A stretch of DNA of 64,000 nucleotides from Eremomyces bilateralis CBS 781.70 (taxonomy: Eukaryota). The stretch is from the NCBI GenBank assembly GCA_010015585.1, contig ML975151.1. One strand, given 5' to 3'. Of this stretch, positions 1-13,293 are shown piece by piece. How positions within the stretch are numbered: the stretch's first letter is position 1; every line of letters begins with the position of its first letter. A model generated the notes under the pieces. That model was given only the letters and a program-made list of their open reading frames with translations. It did no database searches and was not told the DNA's origin. A program made the position numbers and the translations under genes.

Positions 1-1431
1 GAACGCCGTGAGCGCTACGTCGCGCAGAAAGGCGGAAAAGACTCCGATGACGAAACGGAAGACGATTCCTCCACCGACGGCGATGCCTCGCGCTTGTCTA
101 ACGAAGACCTGTGGGACTTCGGCACCGTCAAACCCGTCAACAACCGCGCGGCCGCCCTCCAAGACCTCAACGACGCCGCCGCCAACGCCCGCACGACGCA
201 CCACTCTCCCGCCCCCTCCCCGACCAAAATCGATCGATTCGACTTCGCCAACCCCCTCCCCAAGCGGTCCGGCTCCGGTGAGGAGAACCGTGCCCCGGGC
301 GAGCCGCAGCGGCAGCCACGCGTCCCGTCGGCAAGCACGCTCCGCATCCGGGCACCGCCAGCGCCTCTACCTGCATCGCCGAAGCGCCAGAGCGGTATCG
401 ATGGAACGGTCGTGCAGGAATCGCCAACCCGTGCGGCGAAGATCCCGTTGCCGCCGTCGCCGGAGAAAGGGCGACTGGAGAAGACGTTCGTGCCGCTGAC
501 ACCGTCAAAACAGATACGGGATGAGATGCTGCTGGGAGAAGAACGGAGAGTCACGCAAGAGGCGTCGCGATTGGATGGGTTCTTGCAGCGGGGAATGGCC
601 GGGTTGAACATCCATTCCGGACCGCAGAGGAGCCCGGTGGTAGTTTCGCAGCAGTCACCGTCTCACCGTCCCTCGACTCCAAAGCGGCACGATGAAATCC
701 CGCTGCCATCGTTCGAAGTGCCACGGGCTCGACCGTACCGAACCGTGCAAGAGCAGGCCCCTCCCCCGAAGCTTTCCACGCCGATCACCCTGCCTCCTAT
801 CCCGCCATTCAAAGGCAACCCTCCCCGCCCATCCCACGACCTCCCATCCCACTCCTCCCTCAACCCACAAAAGCCCCTCCCCTCCTTCTCCCCTCCACCC
901 CAACCATTCACCCCACCCCACCCCCACCCCTCCCCCTCCCACCACCCGTCCCCACTCTTCCCCTCACCCCACCTCTCCACTCCCTCTCAAAACCAACCCC
1001 CCCCCGGCTCCCTCCCCATCCCCACTCCCACCCCCCTTTCCAACATATCCACCCCACCCTCAACCCACCCCCCTCCACCTCCCCTCCACCCCCAACAAAC
1101 CCCCGACATCACCGCCCTCACCTCCGTCGTCCTCCCCGCCCTCGAAGAAGCCCTCCGCCGCCGCAGCGCCTCCGTGCACCACGCGCAAACCGCCTCCCGC
1201 CGCGCCGAGACCCACACCGACGCGTCCCGCGCGCATGCCGACGCGCTCCGCACCCAGCGCGAGGCGCACGAGCAGATCCGTCGGCTGGTGGGGAAGGCGG
1301 CGCGGGTGTTTCGGGAGATCGATGCGTGGGATGCGGCCGGGCCGGTTGAGATGGGTGGGGGAGTGGTGAGTTTTTTGGAGGGGATGTTGGAGGAGGTGTT
1401 GGTTAGGGTGGAGGTGGGGGATGAGGAATAG
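1..1431 (+). CDS. C-terminal part of a Ste20/GCK-family Ser/Thr kinase (kinase domain lies upstream of the window)
   Basis: Open frame from base 1 (ERRERY...EDLWDFGTVKP), then a Pro-rich linker and a helical tail (LTSVVLPALEEALRRR...FLEGMLEEVLVRVE) typical of fungal GCK kinases. Confidence 0.7.
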   Translation, partial: ERRERYVAQKGGKDSDDETEDDSSTDGDASRLSNEDLWDFGTVKPVNNRAAALQDLNDAAANARTTHHSPAPSPTKIDRFDFANPLPKRSGSGEENRAPGEPQRQPRVPSASTLRIRAPPAPLPASPKRQSGIDGTVVQESPTRAAKIPLPPSPEKGRLEKTFVPLTPSKQIRDEMLLGEERRVTQEASRLDGFLQRGMAGLNIHSGPQRSPVVVSQQSPSHRPSTPKRHDEIPLPSFEVPRARPYRTVQEQAPPPKLSTPITLPPIPPFKGNPPRPSHDLPSHSSLNPQKPLPSFSPPPQPFTPPHPHPSPSHHPSPLFPSPHLSTPSQNQPPPGSLPIPTPTPLSNISTPPSTHPPPPPLHPQQTPDITALTSVVLPALEEALRRRSASVHHAQTASRRAETHTDASRAHADALRTQREAHEQIRRLVGKAARVFREIDAWDAAGPVEMGGGVVSFLEGMLEEVLVRVEVGDEE

Positions 1432-1522
1432 GAGTGAGGAGTGAGGAGTGAGGAATGAGTGGAGGGATGATGATGGTCATGGCTGATGCTTTATGATGGA
1501 TGATGGATGATGGATGAGTGAT
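1432..1522. repeat. Short GAGTGAG and (GATG)n simple repeats in the 3' UTR
   Basis: gagtgaggagtgaggagtgagg and gatggatgatggatgatggatga are visible. Confidence 0.6.
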
Positions 1523-2391
1523 GGGTAGGGCGGACTGGCGGGATGGACGATTGATCGATGCGATACGGATGACATCGGCGCTGCTGAAGTGAGCCTTTTC
1601 TGTTTTTGTGCGGCTCGCTGGGCGTGGCTTGTGGTATTTTTTCTACGGACGACAACGGCGTTTCAGGGGCAGTGATGGGCCCGAGTAGCAAGTCATACAA
1701 TCGATGCACGTTTGGCGAAGCGGATTTTATTGCTGTGGTTTACTTCGAACTATAGGCGGTGGGTAAGAACAATAGCAGCTATTCTGATGTGGAATTCTCA
1801 TAATGGGTGATAGGTGAATGGTATTTGACTAAGTATTATCAACATGAATTTCATTCAACTAGGGGTCGGCGGTATAGCAGAACCCGATTGACTATCCTAG
1901 CCATGCGTCCAGTTAGCCCTGTGCCAGAACCCCGTTGTTAACTCATCAATAACGCAAGTGTAAGAGTGGTCTGGTTTCCCGATGCTTTCAAGTTCTTTGT
2001 AATTCCCTGTACTTCGTAATTTCACGGGTACATCAATGGGATGGCGCGTCCCTCGAGTGCCCGACGCCAGTCAACGCTGCATTTATTCTACTTCAATAAC
2101 CTGCGTCAGCCTGCGCATTCCGCTTTAAACGAATATCACGATCGATTGAATAGGAACACAGATCTTCCAGGTAAGAATTAGAATGATCATAGAGCTACGG
2201 GGTGGGCTACTCATGTTTACGATAGGTATAGAATGATGGTAGCGGACAGCACTGAAACCGTGACAGTTACGACATTCGGTCTGAACACCGCACCAAGTCC
2301 CGGCTTCTCAAGAGAAGGTGAAGTAGCATTGACGACCCTGTACCATTCCATTATTAGCTCCCATCGAACCTCAGTGATATATAAATAATGC

Positions 2392-3946
2392 TTACGGAGC
2401 GACGTGAACCACCCAGTCCCGCCCCGATTCATTGACAAAAAATGGATGCGTCACTTCAGAAGCCAAGATGCCATTCCGCGATCCATCTTTTAGAAATTGG
2501 AGGAAGTTCGCCGACACATCGATGTAGCGCTGGAGGGCCACCTGCGGGTCGATGGTCGCGTTGCCGGCACCGCTATCGAATGCAGTGATGAGGTCTCCGG
2601 CCAGGATTGGGGCGTCGGATACTGATACATGTGCGGTTCCCACTTGTTACGGTTAGCATGCGGACGGAGACCATTCCCCATGGTGTACCTACGATTCGTC
2701 ATGAACCAGCTACCGTTTGTCTTCTGCAGGGAATCTTCGGCGATTCGTTTGACCAGATCGAAATGATTCTGGCCGTCGAGCAGGGCGGGTATCAGGGACC
2801 ATTCGAGAGAGTCGGCCACCAAGAGAGGAACGGACACGTTTCTGTTCAGGGGACCACTCAATTTACCACTGCGGGATCGATTAGTCTCAACAGCGTGGAA
2901 CTTGGGGTTCAGAAGCGTACGGATCAAAAACAATTGAAGCAGTGAATGAGTCCACCAGTGTTAACTCTCCCCCGAGAGAATCCATCTGTTCACCAAAGTC
3001 AGTCAAAAGCGAGAGTGCGCGCAATTCCACGTACAGTAGAAGTAGCTCCGAATGAATGCCCACTGGCTACAAGATGAGTAAGGTCCAGGCGGCCTTTCCA
3101 ATTCGCCAAATCTCTGCCTTCATTGCGGGAGTTGCTGCGATAGGTCCCCCCCCCACCCCCGTCATTGATAGCCTCTATCATCTGGACCACCTCGTGGACT
3201 TCTCCTTGCCGAAAGGTCCGCTTCACCATCGTGAGGTTCAATTCCGACGGAACCGGCCTGCGCACCGTCAGTTGGAGCGCCGATCCCACATCGCGAAGAG
3301 CACCTACTCCACATCCTCGGGCCGGAGGTACGTCAGATTTCTCTCCTGCCCATCTTTAGGGCGGATCACCGTCCCAGCAGACGTGCCATCTCGATGCTGA
3401 ATCGCAACGACCACATTTCCCCGACTGGCGAGCTCGCCGCAGAAGATCGAATACCACGTCGACAGCGACGTATCGCCATGGCTGAAGACAATGACAGGAA
3501 ATGCCCCGCCGTCGGGAGAGAGCGGTGCGTCGACCTGCGCCGGGATCGTGACGTTCCCTCCGAGAACTTGCAGCCCCGCCAAGATGACCGATGGATCACC
3601 GAACCCTCCCGCTTTCGCGAACCCTTCGGCGATGACTTCCAGGGGTCTGGGTAGCCAGGGATGCGGCGCTTGGGAAGCGTTCGCATAGTCTTTCGCGGTC
3701 GGATAGTAGATGGACGTCAAGACGGTTTCGAGCTGCTCCGATTGAGATGCTGATAGCATGGGATGGCTTGCCACCACTCACATAAAAGGCTCTTTGATCC
3801 GTCCCCTTTAAGGTATAATTACTGAATGTCGCGCCGTTCCCGGGGACCTCGACGTCTATTAGGCCGACGCCATAGGGCCCGGTATACGCAGGCAATTGCC
3901 CAAGGACTTGAGACACAAAACAAAGGACGGATATGGAGAATCGCAT
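2392..3946 (-). CDS. Secreted PAF-acetylhydrolase-like alpha/beta hydrolase (multi-exon)
   Basis: Signal peptide MRFSISVLCF, LPAYTGPYGVG, FPVIVFSHG, ELASRG..V..HRDG, nucleophile GHSFG and spliced DP|GKLSGPLN; GT-AG introns restore the frame. Confidence 0.88.
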
Positions 3947-5721
3947 TATGAACAAGCAACTAGATGAGAAAAAGAGGGAATATGTCAAAAGCAATATCGC
4001 TTAGGGTACTTTATATTTACTGGTACAAATCCAAGGTACGGAAATGCAAAACTCGCCATAGAAACAGACATCCAAACAGAGCATGAGGCTTCAAGTATCC
4101 TAACCATCGCAGGTGGGAATAAGGATTCTCGAGTACATGGGACATTTGCCGCTCTTCGTGGAATCAGCCAACCAACGCGTCATTTCCCTCTTCATGTCTC
4201 ACCCTCTTTTGGAGGGGGCCACGGCCACCAACAGGAACGCTGAGGGTTCCCAGAGTGACTTCTCTAGATGCGCTGATCATCTCCTTTCAGAGTTTTGACG
4301 GATCAAGACTCAAAATCATTTGAGGCTTCTCTCCCTTTTTCTCATGATCAAGGGTCAAGGAATTCATTCGGTTTATTTCCGTGGATTCTTTGAGACCGGA
4401 TAGAAACAATTCGAATCCTAGGCAAGAATCCTTCGCTATCATGGTTGGCTTCGTCGTCGAATATTGAGATTCGAGGCTTTGCTGTCTACCAACCCCTTCC
4501 CAGTAATGTTTCCATTAATACTCCGTACCGTCATGGATTCTGGGCCCAGGAATTCATCTCATTGTTGAAGGATTTAACAGCTCCATGATGATTTGGTCTT
4601 GGCAAATGAAGGCTCCCGGGTCCCCATTCAAATTGCGCGGTCCGTTGCCCTTCCACGCGACGAACTTTCTAAAGCTAGACTCTGCACAAACCTTTTGATA
4701 TTGGAGAGAAAGAGAGTGGCCATGATTTTATCAGGACCGGAATTAGAATATTATTGACTTTCCAGGTCGGCAATCTCGAGAGCAAGTGGTTCATATTTTC
4801 TTCTTGTTGTCCCTTAATATTACTCCGTCCATATTAGTCCATACATTGACAGGTCGCGTCACGCGTGCTTTTTACTGTAGTGCTTCCTAATGGTTGCGGC
4901 GAATAGGGGATTTCTGCACCGCCGTTTGCGATTTGTCGATCTTCGACTATTCAGGGACCCTCTTAATTATAAATTATGTGCCGTTCAAGAGCACAGGCTC
5001 CGAGGCCGCAGCTAACCTGTTTTTACTTGCGAGTCCTTCAGACTTCACAACTTCAGATCCTCATCCACAATCCAGCAATTTGCAACAAGCTCTGACATGT
5101 ACCTCAGAGCGATTGGTTTCAAGTCTGAAAACGGATGAAGCGTATATTGAAAGTTTTGGGTTCGTTGGCAAAAGCCAATCTTTCTTTACCCAAAGTCCAT
5201 CAAGTTTGATTTTCATTGATGTCGAGTTCGTAATAACATTGCTTGAGAGCTGAGGTCCGTTCTTGTCAGGATGTAGGCAAATTTGGAGGTCCTGAAACAT
5301 ACCCCATACCCACCGTTGCAAGATACGGGTAGTCTGCCGCACCGTCCCAGCTCATAGGTCAATACCTACGCACGAAGCCAAGGATACCTGTTCGGTAAGC
5401 ATAAGATGAGGATGGGCATACAGGCATGTCACGATGGTGACGAAGTGGCTGAGGCTCTCTCGCGGGCTTTCTCTCGCTTCATGGTCCTTATAATCTTTCA
5501 ACTGTATGTCTTCAGGGACAAAGTACGGGGTAAGTATGGATCCATATCGTACTTCTGCTTCATCAAGGTTCGGTTCGTTTGAGACTAGCGATCATGTTCA
5601 AGATGATATATTTGGCAAGGCGTGTCCGTCTCGATATCAGGTAGCTCAACGTTTAATCCATTGTATGGTATTTGAACGAGTCGTTCCTTTGATATGCGTT
5701 GTTGAGCAATTCGTCAAGCAG

Positions 5722-5754
5722 TCATTCATTCATTCATTCATTCATTCATTCATT
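5722..5754 (+). repeat. (CATT)n microsatellite directly before a start codon
   Basis: tcattcattcattcattcattcattcattcatt followed by ATG at 5755. Confidence 0.9.
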
Positions 5755-7708
5755 ATGTTTTGCTATACGCTCCTTAGCATTGTTGTTCTTTCGCTCCTTT
5801 TTACTACTTCTTATGCAATTGAGCTTCAGGAGATCCGGCCATGGGACCACATACGGTCGTCTCGGCCGCTGGACAAAAGATTGAATCCTGCTCTTAGCCT
5901 AGAGAACTTTCATTTGATGAGCACAGAGACTTTCCTGTGGGGGGGAATAGGTTAGTGGCTGCCCTTCACGCATCGTTGGGTTTCATTAACAGTTCCTAGA
6001 TGGTAACGATGCTATTTTCGGAAACATGACGGTCGATATGCCTGGCAGTAATGAGAATATTCTGTCAATGGAAAGATTTGACGGAATGCTCAATAAGGTC
6101 GAGTGCGGGAACAATAGCATGACCCTTGGGTTTGTGGACGATGAGACTTTCAAATATGCCCAGCAAGTCTGGGACTGGGTGAATGGTTTTGACAATCGCA
6201 CGTTTGTCATGTTCACCGGAAGAGGCGACTGCAGCAACAACAGTCGTCGGATGCCGTACTCGGTCCATAACATTCAATATGACGAGGTGGCTAACGTCGC
6301 ATACTTGAATGCCACTGCTGGCAAATGGAAGGACCTGGTCCATACTTACAAGCTCCACGTCGGCAGCGTGGAAATGCCATCTAATGTCCATTCGAGGGAC
6401 CTATCCAAAGACACTTCGATCAATCTCAATGCCGATCTCCGCTTTGGGGTCGGCATCTCATCCGGTCCCGTGTTTGGCGATTTCTCGTGCAATCCGTGCA
6501 AGACGTCCGGAAAGCTCAAGTTCGAGTTTGACGTGGAAACGGAGTTATTTATCCCCACCGGTTTGAAGTTCAAAACCCGTCCTCAAGGAGTGAAAGCCGA
6601 GGCCGGCATCCGACTAAGAGGTGGGGCGAAGATCGGCAGTACCGTTCCTGTTACGCGGATACCTATCGCAGAGGTCCCTCTTCCAGGAGGCATCAGCATC
6701 CCGGGCGATATCCTCAGTCTAGGACCCGTCCTCGACGTCGAGTTCGGCATCGACGTGTCCGGCGCGGAACTGGCCTTCGAACTAGCGACTGGCGCTACGG
6801 TTACGCTACCCAACGACGCGATCCTTGAGGTCGACCTCCTCGACCCGTCCAACAACAAATTCTCTGGCTGGAAGCCGGACGTCCAGATGAAGCCGCTCGA
6901 CCTCCAAGCCCGCATCTCCACCAAAATCACCGCCTTCTTTCTCTGGGCCATCCAACTCGAAGCGGAGGTCCTCGGCCAAGGGGTCGAGACAGGACTGGAA
7001 TTCCGGGCTCCCAACTTCGAGCTCAGTGGGCAGGTTGTCGCCAGCAAGAATGGCCACGCCTGCAATGAAAACGATAATAATCACTTTGCTTTCAGAGTGG
7101 TTCCGACATATGGCTACAGCTTCAAGTTTACGGTGGGAAAGATCCGTGGAAAGACGCCAGTCGATATCTCCCTTGCCCACGGCAGCTTCCCCATCGCCGA
7201 ACCGTTTTGCTTCCCTTTCGATGAGGCTTCGTCAACTACCACGAAGCCCACAACTAAGGCGCCGTCGGCTACCACGAAGCCCGCAACTAAGGCGCCGTCG
7301 GCTACCACGAAGCCTGCAACTGAGGCGCCGTCGGCTACCAAGAAGCCTGCGAAATCCGACAAGGTCACTACCCGCGACAAAGCCTCATCGACCAGCCCTA
7401 CCTCTGCCAGCCCGCCAACGTCGACTGGCAGCGGGAACAATTGCACAATCCAGTCTGGACAGAAGGGCGTCTGCATGGATCGGACAGCTTGCAAGGACAG
7501 CGGGAAAGGTGCGACACCGGGATTCTGCTTGGATGACCCGGTAGAGGTTCAGGTGAGGACAATTGTTTGAATGGGGAAAATATCATCAACTAATGTCATC
7601 TAGTGCTGCACGGAGTCAGACATCGGCTGGAATACGACCTCCGCCGACAGCGGAAGGACACATGGTCGGCATCGTCGGCATCGTCGGGAGGGGTTCCATT
7701 TCTCTTAG
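5755..7708 (+). CDS. Secreted fungal protein with beta-rich core, Thr/Lys/Pro/Ala repeat linker and C-terminal 6-Cys module
   Basis: Signal peptide MFCYTLLSIVVL, intron near 5952-5999, 514-aa ORF, intron 7553-7603 joining ...DDPVEVQ|CC..., stop at 7706-7708. Confidence 0.75.
7237..7352 (+). repeat. 33-bp coding tandem repeat (~3.5 copies, ATTKPATKAPS)
   Basis: ctaccacgaagcccgcaactaaggcgccgtcgg repeated with a few substitutions. Confidence 0.9.
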
Positions 7709-8193
7709 GTGGGGGATTTCGTGTATCGATATCTCAAAATTAATGAATAGAAATCGGAAAGGTATTCTCCAAGATGGAGGGGAGCAATCTGGATTAATTT
7801 CGACGCGCATTCGAGGCATAGGGCGAAGGTCTAGAGTCGATTTTCTCTCGGACGAGTTCATGCCCATGAATGGCGTTTCTCGGTTTCTGGTCGTCTGGAG
7901 TACAAATAATTGCCCAGGCTTGAATATATAGCCTTATATCCAACCATCCATTCGATTGCCAAATAGAGATCTTCAGGCTGTACGCCTGTACCACGTATTC
8001 TGCTATTCTTATGTCCCTGTTGCTAAGATTAGACCGGGCTATTCGGTCTATTTGGAAATCGAGCTGACGGGTCATGGGAAATTCCCCCCTTTCCCCATTC
8101 CGGTTTAGCGCCCCTCCTTTCGTGTTTAGCGCCACCAAGCCCCCAGAGTATTGCCTATCTTCGACTTTATTCCGTACCTAGTCGTTAAATCCT

Positions 8194-9545
8194 CTATATT
8201 CTGTATTGCAACTTCTCGTCAAAGAAAGCAAGAGCAGCAACACAGAGAGCATGAATACCCGTTTGCATCGTAGGTTGTATCACCGGCGCAAATCTCGCCG
8301 TATGGTTGGCAGGAATATCATCAATTCTCCCCTCTTTCCGCCTCTGATCCCACAGGGCTTCCTCTATTCCTCCCCAATGCCAAAACGCACACGGCCGACC
8401 CTGCGATGTTGCGAGGACCGAAAAATCCTCCGAAATAGTCGTAGTGGGTATATTTGCATCAAAGTCGTCTTCAAAATACTCCCTGAAGCTCTTCACGAGC
8501 GTTTTCATCATCGACTCGTCATTCACGGTGTTTGGCAGGTGCCGAGTCATTCTGAATACGGGAGCAACCGTCGAACCGCTTGCTTCGCATTCAGCCTTGA
8601 CGATGCGCCGAATTGAGGCCAGAAGTTTCTCGCGGGTTTCCGGCCGCACGCTGCGTATGTCGACACCAATTTCCGCCGAGTCGGCGATGATGTTCTCGGT
8701 CTGACCGGCTTGCAAGCTCCCAACCGTCAGAACGGAAGTATCGCTTGGATTGATTTCTCTACTGATGACAGTCTGGAGGCGTACTACAACGTGAGCTGCC
8801 AGGACAGCAGGGTCAATCGTCCGATGTGGCTGTATATGTCAGCTCTTGAATGCAGTAGATAGTGTGTATATCCACCCACCTGCGACCCATGACCACCAAC
8901 CCCAAATAGCGTAATTTTCATACTATCCGCCCCCGCCATAATCGTTCCCATTTTCGATCCCACACTCCCCGCCCGCATTGCCATTACATGCTGGCCGAGT
9001 ACAAAGTCGGGCACCGGGATCTGGTGCTTACCATACAGGCCATCATCTACCATCGCCTTCGCTCCAGTGCCACGCTCTTCCGCAGGCTGGAACAGCACAA
9101 TTAACGTCCCGCTCCACATCTGTTTAAGTTTGAGAAGCGTTTCAGCGGCAGCGAGGAGACACGTCACGTGCATGTCATGGCCGCACGCGTGCATCACCGG
9201 CCGCATGACTCCCTCGACGTCGGGCATGGTGACGGTGCTAGCGTAGGGAAGGCCTGTTGCCTCCAAGATTGGGAGGCCGTCCATGTCGGCGCGGAGAAGG
9301 ATGGTTTTCCCTGGGCCATTTTTTAGCACGCCGACGACGCCATGGCCGCCAATGTTGGTGGTGATGTCGAAAGCCTGGAGACGCGATAGTTGGACTGCGA
9401 TCGTTTTGGCAGTTTCAGCCTCAAGATTCGAGAGCTCGGGGTGCGCGTGGAAGTGCTTGTAGAGGGCCTCGTATTTCTCGGTGTTTATCGGTGCGTCGAG
9501 AAGTAGGTCGGTCAGAGAGCTGGCGACTCGACGATTTAAATCCAT
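8194..9545 (-). CDS. M20 family amidohydrolase (hippurate hydrolase-like)
   Basis: HAHPELS, LLRADMDGLP, MHACGHDMH, FQPAEE, GGHGSQ|PH, SEDFS and NHTARF; one intron at about 8832-8880. Confidence 0.93.
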
Positions 9546-10087
9546 AATTGCAGATCGCAATGGCGGTGATTGCCTAGCACAAGGTCAAAAGATATTAGAA
9601 TAGGGCAATTCTGGAACTTTCTAAAGGCTGAGATCTTTAGTTCTTTACTTACAGCTTTACTTACGGTTTACCTTATGACTTAAAGTCCTAGGCGGTTCTA
9701 CACAAGGTAGATGGCAGTAGGATACAACTTGAGGGAAGCAACTCTCATGTAAATTATTACTGTACTTACAGTAAGCCGCATGTAAGACCCTCATGGTTGG
9801 AATTGCGGGTCCGTATTAACCCCGGTCGTGTGAGCTTTCTTCATCAGCGTGAATTTTAGTTATCCCGCGCTGAACAGTTGGACATTCCGTATCCTCGTGC
9901 CATATCTTCCCGTCTTCTTCGCAACCATTGACTTCTCTCGTTGACACCATTCTTGCCCGGCTCTTCTACTCACCTTCTGTAGACTGCATGGCTTCAACAG
10001 ACGTCCCATCCTAGCATTCCGGCCCTTGTACCATCCCGCATACCACACGACCTCTCCTTTCCGGCGTGGCGGCCAGCCAAAGCACCT

Positions 10088-12048
10088 ATGGCGATATCGG
10101 TGGTTTCTATATCGCGGCGGCGCATCACGCTGGTCGTCCTCGCCTTCCTCATGGTCTTCTTCCTCTTCCATTACTCACGTAACCCTCGGGGGCAGGAACC
10201 GTACCGGACCGTCGGGGTGCTCTCGAAAGAGGATGATGACGAGGAGAATCGATTGCGAAGACCGCAAAACCCGCTGCCCAAAGGACGGGATGGAAAGTTC
10301 CATTGGAGCACCGTGAAGTTACGGCATCCGATCCCGACGAAATCCATGAGGAAGGTGCCGGCGCCGAAGCTAGGGAAGATCCCTAAGATTCAGACGTCGT
10401 TCGATACAGAGCCGGAGTCGTTGAAGAAAGTGCGCTTGCAGAGATTGGAATATGTGAAGAACAATTTTACCCATGCGTGGGAGGGATATCGGTCCAAAGC
10501 CTGGTTGAGCGACGAGGTGCGGCCGATGTCTGGGGGACGATACAATCCTTTTGGAGGTTGGGCTGCGACGTTGGTCGACTCATTGGGTACGTGCTGAAGA
10601 ATAGACTCCAATTGCAATATGCTGAATTTGAGCAGATACATTATGGATCATGGGCCTCAAGGACGAGTTCGACGATGCGGTCAAAGCCATTGCGAATATC
10701 GACTTTACGACAAGTAATTTGGACGAGATTAATGTTTTCGAAACCACGATCCGATACCTGGGGGGATTCTTGGCCGCATCCGATTTGACCGACGGACAAT
10801 ATCCGATTTTGTTGGAAAAGGCGCGAGAGTTGGGAGATATGCTTTATGTTGCATTTGATACACCAAACCACATGCCCGTCACACGATGGAGGTTCGCGGA
10901 TGCCGTCAAGCGGACAAATGAGCAGGTCGCGTCGACAAATATGCTCGTCGCCGAGATCGGCTCCTTGACTTTGGAGTTCACGCGGTTGAGCCAGATCACC
11001 GGAGATCATAAATACTACGACGCAGTCCAGAGAGTGATGGATCACTTCGAATATCAGCAAGGCAAGACGAAACTCCCAGGAATGTGGCCGGTGGCCGTCA
11101 ATGCGATGACCGCAGACTTCACACAATTTGGGGGCTTCACGATCGGTGGTATGGCGGATTCAGTGTACGAATACTTGCCGAAGGTCAGCATCCTCGCGCA
11201 TGCATTGCTTGCGATCTATTGACACCTAACAGGAATTTGCTCTCCTTGGCGGTGGAATGGGCCAATACGAGAACATGTACAAGAAGTCCCTTGCAACAAT
11301 GAAGAAGCATATCTTCTTCGCCCCCAACGTCGAGGACGATGTCGACATCCTCTTCCCCGGCGACGTCGACTCGGACGGCGAAACCCCCCTCTCCGAGCTC
11401 GAAACCGAACCCAAAGCCCAGCACCTCGGCTGCTTCGCCGGCGGCATGGTCGCTATCGGCTCCAAGATCTTCTCCCAGTCAAAAGACATGGCCATCGCGA
11501 AGAAGCTCGTCGAAGGCTGCCTCTGGGGCTACGAGCGCGGCCCGTCCGGCATCATGCCGGAGATCATGCACCTCCAGAAATGCCCAGCGAAGGGCGAATG
11601 CAAGTTCGACGAGCAGAAGTGGGAGAAGGGCGTCGCCGCCATGAACCCGGGCATGAACGAGGAGTCCCTGAGCGCGAAGATCGCCCGTCTGCGACTCGTG
11701 CCGGGGGTCACGAAAGTCGACGATCGGAGGTACATCTTGCGACCGGAGGCGATCGAGAGCATTTTCGTCTTGTACCGCGTCACGGGAGACACGAAGCTCA
11801 TGGATCGCGCGTGGAAGATCTTCGAGACGATCGTCGCTGCGACGCAGACCAACATCGCCCATGCCGCGTTGGATGATTGCACGGCCGAAGATCCGGGGAA
11901 GACGAAGGTCGACCGGATGGAGAGCTTCTGGTTGGCGGAGACGCTCAAGTATTTTTACTTGCTGTTCGCCGAGCCGGACCTGGTGAGTTTGGACGAGTAT
12001 GTCTTGAACACGGAGGCACATCCGTTGAAGAGACCGTCACGAGTTTGA
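10088..12048 (+). CDS. Class I alpha-1,2-mannosidase (GH47), type II membrane protein
   Basis: N-terminal TM; GWAATLVDSL|DT, FETTIRYLGG, AEIGSLTLEF, DSVYEYL, HLGCFAGG, LRPEAIES, MESFWLAETLKY, NTEAHP; two introns. Confidence 0.96.
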
Positions 12049-12408
12049 TGTTGCTCCGTGTTTTTCTAATCGATTCTTGTGAACATACGTTGGCGCCATG
12101 TTATCTCCGGACGTGCTTGGCGGGTGTCTTGCATTTGGGATATTAATCTGGGACGCCAGATTGCATCTGGCTTGTATAAATAGAATAGGGAATGGGCAAC
12201 GGCGCTAGATGGTCGATACCCGGCGAGGTTGGATCGAGACCACTTTAGATACAGCTATACAGGCACTATTAGAGTGTCCGAAGCACCAGATCTTTGAAAT
12301 TAATGAACATGATTGTTAAATCTAGAGGCATCCATCACATCAGTTCCTAAATATCATCTTGTCATCCTCTCGTCCGGTCGTTGCTCTACAAGCCTCTCAG
12401 TCGTCCAA

Positions 12409-13180
12409 CTACCTTCTTTTCTTCGCAGCCACCTTGATCGCCCCTGGTTGTGGGTATTTGACCTCCGGCCGCTCATTAATCCACTTCCCAATTGCGTCCA
12501 AGAGATCCCTTGCGTCCCTTCCCCTGCCGTTGTCGACAACCCAGTTGTAGACCTCCCAGTGGATCGAGCTCATCAGTTCGAATTTCGCCAGGTATCCCAA
12601 CTGACAGTTCTTTCGATCGCCGACTTCGTCATTCATGCCGTACTCAAAGAGGATTTGATGAATCCAGAGTCCATAAGCTCGAACTTGTAGATTGTACTTC
12701 CACGCCTGGACGTGTTCAGCGGCTTTACTGCTTAGTACTATTCGGCCGGGGCCGTCATGAGACAGCACGCCGTTGGGGCAGAGCGCGAGAGTCGTAGCGA
12801 CTTCGGGCGTCTTATTGTCATCCAGCTGTGGTCCGACCCAGGAGGCAACTGGCTTCGAATGGTCGCCGAATGGGCTGGGCTCGAGAGCATATTAGTCAAG
12901 CAACCATCATTGGCACGCGAACGCGGTATAGAGCCCCTAGTCCATATGACAGTGTGTCAGACGGTTGTATCTTCACTCCTGCTTTTCTGGCCGACCTAGG
13001 ATCGAATCAGCTAGGCTCTGCCATCACAAGAAAGCACCTCGAGCCCCATGAGTTTGCTACTCGTAAGACTTTGTTATCTGTGTCGGTTGCGCCTGTGGTG
13101 TGCATTGTCAGCATCCCTGGAACGGCAACTAAAGAAGGCAAGGTGCCATAATATACCACGGTGATATGGAAGAATGCCAT
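12409..13180 (-). CDS. Hypothetical protein (exon structure uncertain)
   Basis: About 150 open codons ending at 12409 with protein-like composition; candidate upstream ATG at 13180 with intron-like segments; no recognised motif. Confidence 0.35.
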
Positions 13181-13293
13181 ATCAAGAAGAGTGATTTGTC
13201 GTATTGCGAGATTATACCGTCTGGGACAGTCAAGCGCCATTGCATTTGTACTGCACTTTGGGACCAAGAAACCAAAACGATCTGCAATTTCAG

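Noticed and set aside
4894..5342. Short ORFs between the PAF-acetylhydrolase and the secreted protein
   Set aside because: No motifs and no convincing start or splice structure.
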